DNA of 64,000 nucleotides from an uncultured Nitrospinota bacterium (GTDB lineage Bacteria; Tectomicrobia; Entotheonellia; J063; CAVPRW01): NCBI GenBank assembly GCA_963707985.1, contig CAVPRW010000046.1, positions 1 to 64,000 of the forward strand, read 5' to 3'. Shown piece by piece: positions 55,301 to 64,000 of this stretch (position 1 is its first letter; each line of letters starts with the position of its first letter). The notes under the pieces were generated by a model. It saw only the letters and a program-made list of their open reading frames with translations, ran no database searches and was not told where the DNA came from. The position numbers and the translations under genes were made by a program.

Positions 55301-56328
55301 TCGAAGTGCGTGAGCCTGAGCTGCCTTCAGCTGCCGAGCGCGAGGTCGTTACAAGCGAGGAAGGAGCGGATGCGATCACCCTGATTGGTGATACTCCTGG
55401 CCGGCCCAGAGAGATCTGGGTGCGCTGGCATGAAGTGGCGGATTTTTATGGCTCAGGCCCGCGTAGCCGCCATTATGTGCTCGACCATCTCACCGCTGAG
55501 GTGCGCTTCGGTGACGGATTGAACGGTCTAATTCCACCCGCGGGTATCGGCAATATTCGCTTGGCGCGCTATCAAATCGGCGGGGGAAGTGCAGGCAATA
55601 GACCAGCGGGCACGATCGTGCAATTGAAGACGACGGTGCCCTACGTCGATAAGGTTACGAACACGGAGGCGGCAGCCGGCGGGGCCGACGCTGAAACCCT
55701 CGATTCACTATTGATGCGTGCGCCGCGAACGCTGCGCCATGGCCATCGTGCGGTGACCGTGGAGGATTATGAAGACCTGGCCATTCTGGCCACGCCGGAA
55801 GTGGCACGGGCGCGGTGTGTCCCTTTACGCAATCTGATCGCCGATCCGCTCGGCGCGCAGCCGATTGAGCGGGGTGAAGTCAGTGTCATTATCGTGCCGC
55901 GCTCACGCGACGCCAAACCGCAACCAAGCTTGGAGTTACTCAGTCGAGTGCAAGATTACCTGGAGGCATACAGTGTGCCAACGGCGCACATCTCGGTCGT
56001 TGGGCCGTTGTACGTCCGTGTTCAGGTGACAGCAGAAATCGCGCTGGCGTCGCTCGAAGGTGCAAGTGCTCTCGAGCAGGCCGTGCAACAGACACTTGCC
56101 GCCTTTTTGCATCCGCTGACCGGCGGGCTGGATGGTACCGGTTGGGATTTCGGCCGTAAACCGCACCGTTCAGACCTCTATGCCTTGATCGAGGCCATAC
56201 CTGGTGTCGATCATCTCCGTTTGCTCGCCATTGCGGAGATTGAAGATCAACCCGGGGTGAGCGCCAGTGACCGTTTCTTGGTCTTCTCCGGCACGCATAC
56301 GATCAACCTGGTATTTGAAGAAGCCTGA
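52330..56328 (+). CDS. Large baseplate J-like wedge protein (Afp11-like) with inserted domains
   Basis: RLNQAP..NF.AFL, FETER, FGDG.NG.IPP, GG.DAE, RAVT.EDYE, FLHPLTGG. Confidence 0.9.
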   Translation: MTLPVPEIDQRTAISIAQQVQGLLKVYTPAWEELDPVTGVATGVSGALIGVFARFSEVIIQRLNQAPQKNFLAFLDLLGAALLPPQPARAPLTFSLAAGSAVDGLVPAGTQAAAPPAEGEKDPVIFETERELTVTAAQLAALFVRDPEHDMQADLSPIITASAITSGSAVGERVFQGNRPIEHLLYLGHSQLLGFPRIAALSLLFTLEAALQDAREVCWEIWDGQQWQARTPSNDQTQNLTHSGVVTLGSIPPIPDSQVASVLNRWLRFRLITPITLASEARLNMVRATQLPKVQQVLIRVDLLRDLSQGLAPDAGFTNALPIELGKDFFPFGEKPRLNDALQLASVEAFSKDRAQGLAAAGATVQLDIRIANSHLLPTVTSVRPAADLQLVWECWNGSAWQRVGTSTAPPWLRLLEVIPPLEVTTDTSVTVEGRAQRGTVVRAQISGQVSGVATRALRVGDDGRFAMTLVSPSGLIVITFTATLGAQTTRAWATFFAMTGELTRRIELTVQIPSLPVRTDTVNLIVNATGTDAGQVTQIRITNGSSTSPPVLGAKGTTLQVGLLEGRNELLIEGLASATGTALAAITRTISREASPPPPETGTGFVDGTYALCQSGIVRFIIPDHVEPTSLGGQQNFWLRVRLIRGDYGKDASYKLQNPEAPEAGFILIPENFRPPVLSSVTIGYAQTLTGPPEVMLAYNNSTVTTVANATQPGDPPFEPFCRAPEDRPTLYIGFALPADQAVFPNRTLSLYAHVGESKYGERPIPIAPENSKEIGVAASTVRHDFLITNVAAVPATFTCSVLGTRWQPPPAPVPAAQTVPAGESRAVAIQVTVPEGTPVGRSDRGFLRLEISTEQGLEYVADFVTFAGAEVSTGERLQLVWQYWNGQQWAVLTVRDDTENFTRPGLIEFLAPPDFTARREFDQGPRYWLRVRWEKGEYALAPRLQRMLLNTTMAAQTVTLRNEILGSSDASAEQQFHATRMPIQPGQSLEVREPELPSAAEREVVTSEEGADAITLIGDTPGRPREIWVRWHEVADFYGSGPRSRHYVLDHLTAEVRFGDGLNGLIPPAGIGNIRLARYQIGGGSAGNRPAGTIVQLKTTVPYVDKVTNTEAAAGGADAETLDSLLMRAPRTLRHGHRAVTVEDYEDLAILATPEVARARCVPLRNLIADPLGAQPIERGEVSVIIVPRSRDAKPQPSLELLSRVQDYLEAYSVPTAHISVVGPLYVRVQVTAEIALASLEGASALEQAVQQTLAAFLHPLTGGLDGTGWDFGRKPHRSDLYALIEAIPGVDHLRLLAIAEIEDQPGVSASDRFLVFSGTHTINLVFEEA

Positions 56329-56375
56329 GCCGAAGGCGTGAACCCGTTTCCAAGAGTTATGGAAGAAGGCGCTGT

Positions 56376-57353
56376 ATGCCCCTGCAACTGCCCAATCTCG
56401 ATGATCGCCGCTACCCCGATCTGGTGGATGAGGCGCGCCGTCTGATTCCAACGTATGCGCCGGAATGGACCAACCATAATCCTTCCGATCCAGGTATCAC
56501 GCTCGTTGAGCTGTTCGCCTTTTTGAGCGAGATGTTGCTCTACCGACTCAATCGCGTCACCGCCGCCAATGTCCTGTCTTTCCTCAAATTGTTGAACGGA
56601 ACGGATTGGAACCCATTTGAGGAGGGCGAGCACAAGCTGACTGAGAGTGAGAAGGCAGCGATTGCCGCGCAGCTCCGGCAGCTTTCCGCGGCAGGGCTCA
56701 CGCAGTTGATCGCCCAACAGCTACCGAAGACGGTGCTGAAATTACGACGGTTGGAACGTACGGTGTCGTGCGGCGATTTCGAGACTTTGGCGCTGGAAGC
56801 CGACACGCGAGTGGCCCGCGCACGCTGCCTGCCGCGCCGCAACTTGGAGAGAGAGCTGGATCAGGAGACTCCTGGCCACGTGACGGTGATTATTCTGCCG
56901 CGATCGAACATGGGTCCGGAGTTACCAAACCTGCTAGCGGCCGTTGAAAACTATCTGACGCCGAAGCTCCTGTTGACGACGCAACTGCATGTGCTCGAAC
57001 CGCTATTTTTGCCTGTGGAGGTCAAAGCCACTGTCGTACCCCTGCCCGATGAGTTGGAATCAACGCTGCAACAGCGCGTGATCGATGCGATGAAGTACTT
57101 TCTCGATCCCCTCACGGGTGGGGAGGACGGCAAAGGTTGGCCGTTTGGCCGCAATGTATTCGTTTCGGAAATGTATAGTTTACTCGATCAACTGCCGGGC
57201 GTGGATTACGTGACGACCTTGACCCTGACCCCTCCCACGCCCGATCGTTTGCTCAATAACAGCGCAGGTGAGTTGATTGGCGTGGAAGTCAAGCCCTATG
57301 AGCTGGTCGCGGCGCAGATTGCCCCAGCCGGTCTGACGGTGCAGACTTCGTAG
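56376..57353 (+). CDS. Second baseplate J-like protein
   Basis: LPNLDDR, PEWTNHNPSDPGITL.EL, PLTGG.DG.GWPFGR. Confidence 0.9.
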   Translation: MPLQLPNLDDRRYPDLVDEARRLIPTYAPEWTNHNPSDPGITLVELFAFLSEMLLYRLNRVTAANVLSFLKLLNGTDWNPFEEGEHKLTESEKAAIAAQLRQLSAAGLTQLIAQQLPKTVLKLRRLERTVSCGDFETLALEADTRVARARCLPRRNLERELDQETPGHVTVIILPRSNMGPELPNLLAAVENYLTPKLLLTTQLHVLEPLFLPVEVKATVVPLPDELESTLQQRVIDAMKYFLDPLTGGEDGKGWPFGRNVFVSEMYSLLDQLPGVDYVTTLTLTPPTPDRLLNNSAGELIGVEVKPYELVAAQIAPAGLTVQTS

Positions 57354-57371
57354 CCTCAAACCCGACTGTAG

Positions 57372-58049
57372 GTGAGTGCGATGGCGATTGATCCGAATGC
57401 GGCTAGTAGCTACCTCCAGGACCTCCCGGCGATCTTCAGCGAGGATCCATTTTTGGGCCGCTTCCTGTTGGCCTTTGAGCAGGTCTTGACCGGACTGCCG
57501 GGACTGGCTGGTCGTGAACCTGCGCCGCCGCATGGCCTGGAAGAAATCATTGCGACGATGGCGCTGCTGTTCGATCCAAAGGAGACGCGGGAGGAGTTTC
57601 TCCCGTGGCTGGCCAGTTGGGTGGCGCTTGGCCTGCGTGCCGACTGGACCCCAGCCCAGAAGCGAGACTTCTTGGCCAATATTGTGCCGCTCTATCGCCG
57701 GCGGGGCACCAAAGACAATTTGGCCGAGTTATTGCGCATCTATACTGGCCTCAGTCCGGTAATCACGGGGGCGGGCGATAGCGATTTCCAGATTGGCGTA
57801 CATTCGACGATCGGCATGGACACGCAGATTGGCGGCAGCGTACCGCATTTCTTCCGCGTCAGCGTGACGATGCCCAATCCCGACCCACCCACCTTACAGC
57901 GCCAGCGTCAAATTGCCACAGCGCTGATCGAGCTGCAAAAGCCGGCGCATACGGATTATGAGCTCGACATTTTATTCAACACCATGCAGATCGGAGTGCG
58001 TTCCACCATCGGCGTCGACACGCTGCTGGGAAGCCTCTCCACCACATAA
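57372..58049 (+). CDS. Phage tail protein (P2 gpI-like baseplate)
   Basis: YLQ.LPAIF, RFLLAFE, FLPWLASWV, YRRRGT, KPAHT. Confidence 0.88.
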   Translation: MSAMAIDPNAASSYLQDLPAIFSEDPFLGRFLLAFEQVLTGLPGLAGREPAPPHGLEEIIATMALLFDPKETREEFLPWLASWVALGLRADWTPAQKRDFLANIVPLYRRRGTKDNLAELLRIYTGLSPVITGAGDSDFQIGVHSTIGMDTQIGGSVPHFFRVSVTMPNPDPPTLQRQRQIATALIELQKPAHTDYELDILFNTMQIGVRSTIGVDTLLGSLSTT

Positions 58050-58066
58050 CAGACAGGAGAGCAGAC

Positions 58067-59848
58067 GTGGCCATCAAGCGACTGCATTATTTCGACCATC
58101 AATTTCTCGTCGAGGCGGATTTTAGCGACGAGCAAAAATACCATCTGGATATGCGCCGCCGCCTGAACCGGATGCTGTATACGTTTGGCATCGCAGACGG
58201 GCTGGAGGTCGTGAAAAGCGCCAGCAAAACGGTGACCGTGCGTCCCGGCGTGGCGATCGATCGCCTCGGTCGGGAGATGATCGTGGAAGCGGACCAGATC
58301 GTTGACTTGAGTAATGCCGTCGCGTTTCCCGCTGGTGCAACCGTGTTTATCACGATCGCCTACCAGGAGCAAGAGAGTGATCCCACCACCGCTACAGGCG
58401 TTTCCGGCAACACCCGCATCACCGAGCAGCCTGGCGTCCAAGCGGTCACGGTCGCTCCGCCGAGCGACGGTACGGTGGTGCAACTAGCCCGCCTGACGCT
58501 GGACTCCAGTGCCAACGTGCCGGGCAATGTCAACGACGCCTTCGATGGTGGCGCGCGCCAGCGGATTGGTCCCCGAGGTGAGCGAGGGCCGGCGACCCTT
58601 GATAACGTCAGCAACCCAGGGGGGAATATTGACCTGGTTCCGGCCAACACCGTTACCATCGTGCCAGACGATGCCAATAACCGCATCACCATTGGTGAGA
58701 CCCACTCCGCCCTCACCAACAACCCGCACAATACCACGGCCGCACAGGTCGGGGCCGTGGTCAGCGTCGATGGGGTAAGCAACGCGGGAGGGAATATCGA
58801 CCTGGTGCAGGCCAACACCGTCACCATCGTGCCGGACGATGCCAATAACCGCATCACCATTGGCGAGACCCACTCCGCCCTCACCAACAACCCGCACAAT
58901 ACCACGGCCGCCCAGGTCGGGGCCGTGGTCAGCGTGGATGGGGTGAGCAATGCGGGAGGGAATATCGACCTGGTCCAGGCCAACAGCGTCACCATTGTGC
59001 CGGACGATGCCAATAACCGCATCACCATTGGTGAGACCCACTCCGCTCTCACGACCAACCCGCACAACACCACGGCGGCGCAGGTTGGGGCGCTCCCTGT
59101 TGCTGGCGGTACTGTCACAGGTACTCTTTCGATCAGTGACGGTACGGCAATGATCGGTCTTGGCGGTGACGCCACCACTGGTTTCGGGACAGCGACTGGT
59201 AAACGGCAAGCCCTCTTCATCTCGGGCGCCACAAACACTAGCGTGGGTGGAGGTCCAACCACCGCTGTCTTGATCTGGCCGCTGGCGCAAAATGTGTCAG
59301 GCCTGAATATTTTTGCCGCGACAGGCGCCGTGGATACGCTGAATGTCGCTGGGACAGCGCGTTTTACCGGGACCAAAATCGGTTACGTCGCGGACAGCTT
59401 TGTCAATGGCAGTGGCACCATGCTGCGCACAGGAGATGTGGTGAAGCTGAAGGCGGGCGGCAGCATTCGTTTTCACGGGGACAATAATCGCATCCCCATC
59501 CCAGAAGTCACCCTGGCTGATAGCGAGAACGACCCCCTGGTTATTGGCATCGTCGCCCAGGAAGCCACGCCTGCGGTGGATGAGCCGGACCGCCGCACAG
59601 AGCCGGACGACCCCACGACCATCCCGGACACCGGGGAGCTGTTCGTCGTGACGTTGGGAACCTATGCCCATTGCAAAGTGGATGCCACTGTAGCCCCCAT
59701 CGAGGTGGGCGATTTATTGACATCCTCTGCCAATCCCGGTCACGCCAAAAAAGCCACCGATCCGAAGATCGGCGCCATTATCGGCAAGGCGTTAGAACCC
59801 CTGCGCGAAGGGACCGGTTATATCGCCGTATTTGTGAACATCCAGTAG
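58067..59848 (+). CDS. eCIS tail fibre-like protein
   Basis: N-terminal RLHYF..QFL...DF..EQ.YH, PG.AID..GRE; central repeats; C-terminal GDLLTSS...GAIIGKALE domain. Confidence 0.8.
   Translation: MAIKRLHYFDHQFLVEADFSDEQKYHLDMRRRLNRMLYTFGIADGLEVVKSASKTVTVRPGVAIDRLGREMIVEADQIVDLSNAVAFPAGATVFITIAYQEQESDPTTATGVSGNTRITEQPGVQAVTVAPPSDGTVVQLARLTLDSSANVPGNVNDAFDGGARQRIGPRGERGPATLDNVSNPGGNIDLVPANTVTIVPDDANNRITIGETHSALTNNPHNTTAAQVGAVVSVDGVSNAGGNIDLVQANTVTIVPDDANNRITIGETHSALTNNPHNTTAAQVGAVVSVDGVSNAGGNIDLVQANSVTIVPDDANNRITIGETHSALTTNPHNTTAAQVGALPVAGGTVTGTLSISDGTAMIGLGGDATTGFGTATGKRQALFISGATNTSVGGGPTTAVLIWPLAQNVSGLNIFAATGAVDTLNVAGTARFTGTKIGYVADSFVNGSGTMLRTGDVVKLKAGGSIRFHGDNNRIPIPEVTLADSENDPLVIGIVAQEATPAVDEPDRRTEPDDPTTIPDTGELFVVTLGTYAHCKVDATVAPIEVGDLLTSSANPGHAKKATDPKIGAIIGKALEPLREGTGYIAVFVNIQ
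58601..59092 (+). repeat. Three tandem 168-bp (56-aa) repeats inside the fibre gene
   Basis: ATGCCAATAACCGCATCACCATTGG at 58671, 58839 and 59007. Confidence 0.95.
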
Positions 59849-59865
59849 GAGGAAAGGAGGAAGCG

Positions 59866-60294
59866 ATGCCTACGGCGTTTTTTCAAGTGCGTGTGTCCGT
59901 CCAACCCAAGAGTGGCGGCGAGGCGGAGCTGATGCCACCGCCAGCCATACAGGGATTGAATTATCAATTCGTCCTTGTCAAGGATGGGGGCGAAGAGGCC
60001 ATTATGAAGCTTGACGGACCTGACTCAGCGCTCAAGCAAGTCGAAAAGGATAAAGATTGCAAAAAATTGACACCGAGGCAAGTAGAAACCCTGCGAACTA
60101 CTTATCCAAAACCCAAGCTTAAAATGAAATACCGTGCACAACTCCAGCTCCAGGAAAGCGGAGAGGCCATACCGGTGCCGGCGTCGTTTGAAGTGGATGA
60201 GGCAGGAAATAAGATTGTCGAGACTGTTCAAACGGTCCGTTCGGGATTCTATCTGATTGACGTGCCAGTCTTATCACAGCCGACCACCGCATAG
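59866..60294 (+). CDS. Hypothetical protein, last gene of the eCIS operon
   Basis: Strong RBS AAGGAGG, 142 aa. Confidence 0.75.
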   Translation: MPTAFFQVRVSVQPKSGGEAELMPPPAIQGLNYQFVLVKDGGEEAIMKLDGPDSALKQVEKDKDCKKLTPRQVETLRTTYPKPKLKMKYRAQLQLQESGEAIPVPASFEVDEAGNKIVETVQTVRSGFYLIDVPVLSQPTTA

Positions 60295-60719
60295 AGCGCA
60301 CAGGGGAGGCCGCCATGCATGAACGCCTGGCAATTCGCATGCTGCCCCCCTCACGCCTACCCTCTTATCCCAGTTATTCGTGCTCGCCAAAATGCGGCGC
60401 AGGCTCTGTGCCCCAACGATACAGGGCGTCTTGCTCCGGGAAATCGTGCGGCTCCGAGGCACAGAGCTCCGGGCTGTGATCAAGATCGAAAAAGTACTCG
60501 GCAACGCTCCCCCAGGGATCACGGATGTTGAGCAGATTCCCATAAGGGTTACGAATCCAGTAATTGGCGGGAGGGAAGGCGGGAAGAAAAGGCATTTCCC
60601 GCGGTAGGCGAGTATAGGCTTAGGCGTCCTCCTGCTGCCGCTAACCCAAGCTCACGATCCGCCAGCTGGTCGTGTAAGGGAGGAGGCCGGCCCTGGTGGG
60701 CCGACCCCCTCACGACTCA

Positions 60720-61030
60720 CTACGTAACGTCGTACCACACCTCATAGTGATAGCCCGACGAAGTCGCAGTAAGGGGCGGATTGCCGACCAAGGTCGGCGT
60801 CTGATTGACGGTCCACTTGCCGAGCGACTTTTCGCTCTTGTTGTTGTTCTGCTCCTTAAGTTCGACCAGAACGCTTCCGCTGAAGCTGCGTGACACATTC
60901 GGGTGCTCCCTCTCACCCTTCTCCATCTTCGCATCCCAGACCTGCTGGCCGGCGATGTAGAGCCGTGGCTCGTCGTTGCCGACGATGTCTTGCGGCCGGA
61001 TGCATGTGACCGTCGGTTTCGGTCGAACGG
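60720..61030 (-). CDS. Hypothetical beta-rich protein or fragment
   Basis: Protein-like C-terminal half of ORF 60720-61208; start uncertain. Confidence 0.4.
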
Positions 61031-61524
61031 ATTCAGCTGTGCTGATTGCCCCTGGTGACAGGTTTGTTGACTTACTGCTGGCGAATTCGCACCCTCGATT
61101 CTCACAGGACCTCGAGGCTATGGCCGTAGACAGGGGTAGAGGCCATGATCGAGATCCGCCAGGCACACTTCCATGGCGCCTCACCTCCACCCTCATGCGG
61201 TAGGGCAAGAGTTATACCAACGGACCCCTGATCTGGGCCACACCTCGCGGGTGGCTCTTTCGCTTCGATTGACCGGAATGACAAAAAGTGCGCGAGCGCC
61301 AACATTGTTTACGTCTGCTGCGGAATGAAGCCGACCGTGTTGGACCTCGACGTAACGCGGTATGGCTTTCCGGGCGCTAGGGCTGGATTGGTCAGCGATG
61401 CTCATACGCGTCGATCTGACTACGGCTTCTATGCACCGTGCGGCTTTCGGGGCGGGTTAAGCGGGTGTTTGGTAAACAAGGTCGAGTTCACTCCGCACCA
61501 GAGTAAAGGATGTCTTGGCGAGCG

Positions 61525-61720
61525 CTGCGATGGTGGTCAGTGCATTTTACATGTTCGTGCGGCAAGAGACGAATCGTGAATGAGGCGCCGCCTATTTTGA
61601 CGAACAACGCCGCCACCACGTGGTGGATCGATTGATGCGACGGATCGAGCAACTTGGCTATTACCTCCACCTCGAACCGTGACCCACGACTGCATCGTAG
61701 GTTATTTTCAAGGGAGCCGT
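61525..61720 (+). mobile_element. 3' remnant of a second IS110-family transposase
   Basis: Reads VVSAFYMF...RE*GAAYFDE...DRLMRRIEQLGYYLHLEP. Confidence 0.6.
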
Positions 61721-61772
61721 ATGGAACACCTGGGAGCCGTGTTCGTCATGCTCATCATGAAGGGAGGCCGTT

Positions 61773-62264
61773 ATGGGTGACGCTGGTATGTCAGCTCATG
61801 TCGCTAAGGGACCTGTACATCAAGCGGTGGATTGGGTCGTGAATCATCAGGGCGGAGATGGCCAATTCGATATGCGCCAGAGTTTCCTCGACGATCTCAA
61901 GTCGAACGGAGATTATCTAGACATCCTCTACGATGCCTTGCGCTCCTTCCTGAGGGCAGAGGGATTGCCTTCCCAGTTGGCAGACGAGCATGCGGCCTCC
62001 CTCATCCGTCACCTCTCTAGGAGTTGGTACAATGAGTGGTGGCGCCAGCATCAACCCGTGCTACCCATTGTGCGTGCTGGGTTGATCAAAGCTATCCATG
62101 TGGCGAATACGGTCAAACCCCAGCTGCCCATTGAGTCCTATTGGATCGCGGCTGGCCCTCACGACAGCCCGGCGAGTCCCTTTGAGGTGATCGTTTGGCG
62201 TTGTCAACTTGTTGCCTGTCGACATGATCAACGCGCATGCGGGTACACGATGGCCTCATCGTGA
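61773..62264 (+). CDS. Hypothetical protein
   Basis: 163-aa ORF with no recognised motif. Confidence 0.5.
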   Translation: MGDAGMSAHVAKGPVHQAVDWVVNHQGGDGQFDMRQSFLDDLKSNGDYLDILYDALRSFLRAEGLPSQLADEHAASLIRHLSRSWYNEWWRQHQPVLPIVRAGLIKAIHVANTVKPQLPIESYWIAAGPHDSPASPFEVIVWRCQLVACRHDQRACGYTMASS

Positions 62265-62439
62265 CGTATGAGGCCACGGGCGAACAGGAGCTCTTCCCCG
62301 TCGCGGTCGCTCAGACAGAACCGGCAAGAGAGCCAGACGCCATGGCTGATGATTTCAGGTGGAAATCGGTGGTTCTTGGCGGTGGGGGTTGACGTATTCA
62401 TGACTGGAGTAGGTCACACTGAGCGAGGCTCAGCAACAA

Positions 62440-62730
62440 GTTGACAATGCCCCAATTTCAGCGTGGTCAGGGTCACCCGCGGCACGTCGAATACGAGCGA
62501 TTCGGCCACTTCGACGTCGCCGTCGTGTCGGAGTTGGTCGATCATGCGCCCCAGCAGCCCGGTTTTGCCACTGCCGACCACGCCCGTCAGGGCGATCAAG
62601 CCCCCTTCACGGGTGGCGACGCTGAGGTCTTTCAGGATTTGGTGGTGATACTCGGTGGCACAGTAGCCGACCTGACGGAGACTCCTGCGCAGGCCAAAAT
62701 GCTCCATGACGTCGCTGAGCATGCGCTTAT
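62440..62730 (-). pseudogene. ExeA/TniB-like AAA ATPase fragment (transposon-associated)
   Basis: MLSDVMEHFGL, LIALTGVVGSGKT; truncated. Confidence 0.7.
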
Positions 62731-63114
62731 CCTCTCTAGAAGGGCTCGAGGTGATGCCGCACATGGTCCCACACCAGCTGTTTGGCCAATGTGGGGCGTC
62801 GGCAAGGATTCGAGTCAAAAACTCACGGATCTTGGTATGCGCGGAAAATTCGAGCAGTTCTGAAGGAGGCCGTTTACTAAACTACAGGTAAGTAAACGCC
62901 CCAAGCGTACGGATCTCTCACTGAATTTGCAAGGGGTTACACCAGGGAGAGAGCAAAGGGTTTAGTAAACACCCCTGTACCGATGCTGTCGGTGGGATGT
63001 GCGGTGTGTGGATCGTACGCGAATCGTTGCCATAGCCTGCGAGGAGTTACAGGGTCCTGCAGCACTCCGGTACGACACATCCGTGAGTTTTTGACCAGAA
63101 TCCTTGCCGCCGTC

Positions 63115-63640
63115 CTATCCGGTGACTAACGTCTCATAGGCGTAAGGAGCATCTCTCATAAACGCCTGAAGGCGGTCCTTGAGCTTAGGATGAAGGTTTA
63201 CCGAATCCACGCGCGTCATCCGCCGCTCACGTGGGACAAACGGTGTCATGTAACCGATGAGGCCAACTAACTCCCCAATAATTTTCTCATGTTCCTGACG
63301 GGCTAAGGCGATGTTCTGTGTATTTTGCTCAGCGACCTGCTTGGCAATAGTTCTCCTTGAAATCCTCGACATCCCGATCAACCCGCACCTTATACGCCTG
63401 TTCACGCTGAAGCGCTGCTGGATCACTCACGGTGTCGATTACCAGATTCATGGCGTCCATCATCCGCTTCATAGCATTGTTGATATGCTCGAAGTCTTGT
63501 AGTACGCCGCTCAGCGCTTCAATCCTCACCTTCTGAGCGTCCATGCCTTGCTTTAGCAGTCTGATGTACCAGAGAAGTCCTCCCCCGATGATGAGTAGAA
63601 GAATAATCTGCACCCAGGCCAAGATGCCTGATGTAGTCAT
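63115..63640 (-). CDS. Hypothetical membrane-anchored coiled-coil protein (probably one frameshifted gene)
   Basis: N-terminal TM helix with GGAGG RBS; overlapping ORFs 63329-63640 and 63115-63426. Confidence 0.5.
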
Positions 63641-63739
63641 GACTTGTCCTCCGCCGCCTGTCGCAACGTAAATAGCCCATCTAGTACGATCTAGCCCTAG
63701 GCAGTGAGGCTAAGCTGCTACATTTCTCCTTCGGTCAGA

Positions 63740-63967
63740 CTACTCACTGACAACCTTTAGGGTGTGCACTCGAATCGGTGGAGAGGTGACCTTCGAGGAC
63801 GGCGTCACCACTTTCACCTCGAACGCTCCCGTGCGTGTGTCAATGACAAGCAGACTCATGTCGCCAAAGTTGGACACCTGAAACCGGCCATTCTGGCTCA
63901 TGTGCCACAAGATCACGAGACCGACAACCACCACGACCACGAGGCTTACCCATCGCACGTATCTCAT
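63740..63967 (-). CDS. Small membrane or secreted hypothetical protein
   Basis: Hydrophobic N-terminus, AGGAG RBS, VIDTRTG. Confidence 0.55.
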   Translation of the reverse strand: MRYVRWVSLVVVVVVGLVILWHMSQNGRFQVSNFGDMSLLVIDTRTGAFEVKVVTPSSKVTSPPIRVHTLKVVSE

Positions 63968-64000
63968 GATCCGCTCTCCTGAATCTGCCCCTCAGCGACT

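Larger units (their letters stand above)
36632..60294 (+). other. Extracellular contractile injection system (eCIS; Afp/PVC-like) gene cluster
   Basis: Co-oriented ATPase, DUF4157, Pvc16, 2 sheaths, 2 tubes, LysM, hub, spike, PAAR, gp25, 2 baseplate J, P2-I and fibre genes; no capsid, terminase or T6SS membrane genes. Confidence 0.95.

Noticed and set aside
58601..59092. Direct repeats as a CRISPR array or DGR template/variable repeats
   Set aside because: They are in-frame 168-bp coding repeats with no spacers, and there is no cas or reverse transcriptase gene.
36632..60294. Prophage or T6SS
   Set aside because: No capsid, portal, terminase or integrase; no TssJLM or ClpV; Pvc15/Pvc16/DUF4157 markers are present.

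Overview
GC-rich bacterial DNA. The family-5 ABC binding proteins and LLM oxidoreductase suggest Tectomicrobia/Entotheonella, which is an inference only. Many single-base frameshifts look like long-read errors. Layout: (1) 1-12.2 kb housekeeping genes: two ABC substrate-binding proteins, sufBCDSUT plus an Rrf2 regulator, a TcuA-like flavoprotein and two CMD-family genes. (2) 12.3-25 kb a decayed integron: dead RAYT and intI, attI-like site, attC sites, and DUF3024, MOSC and toxin-antitoxin cassettes. It is invaded by a tyrosine-recombinase/IS91-like element whose ends resemble attC cores, an IS110 inside an attC with legible bridge-RNA guides, an IS4-superfamily element and an IS3 remnant, and it lies next to a Tc-toxin fragment. 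(3) 25-36 kb metabolic genes and debris. (4) 36.6-60.3 kb an apparently complete extracellular contractile injection system (eCIS, Afp/PVC-like). It has a DUF4157 cargo plus a possible partner gene, predicted Ig-like inserts in structural proteins, a likely -1 frameshifted chaperone and a repeat-built fibre. (5) IS debris and hypothetical genes. Across the mobile-element pseudogenes, the inferred substitutions are overwhelmingly A:T to C:G transversions.
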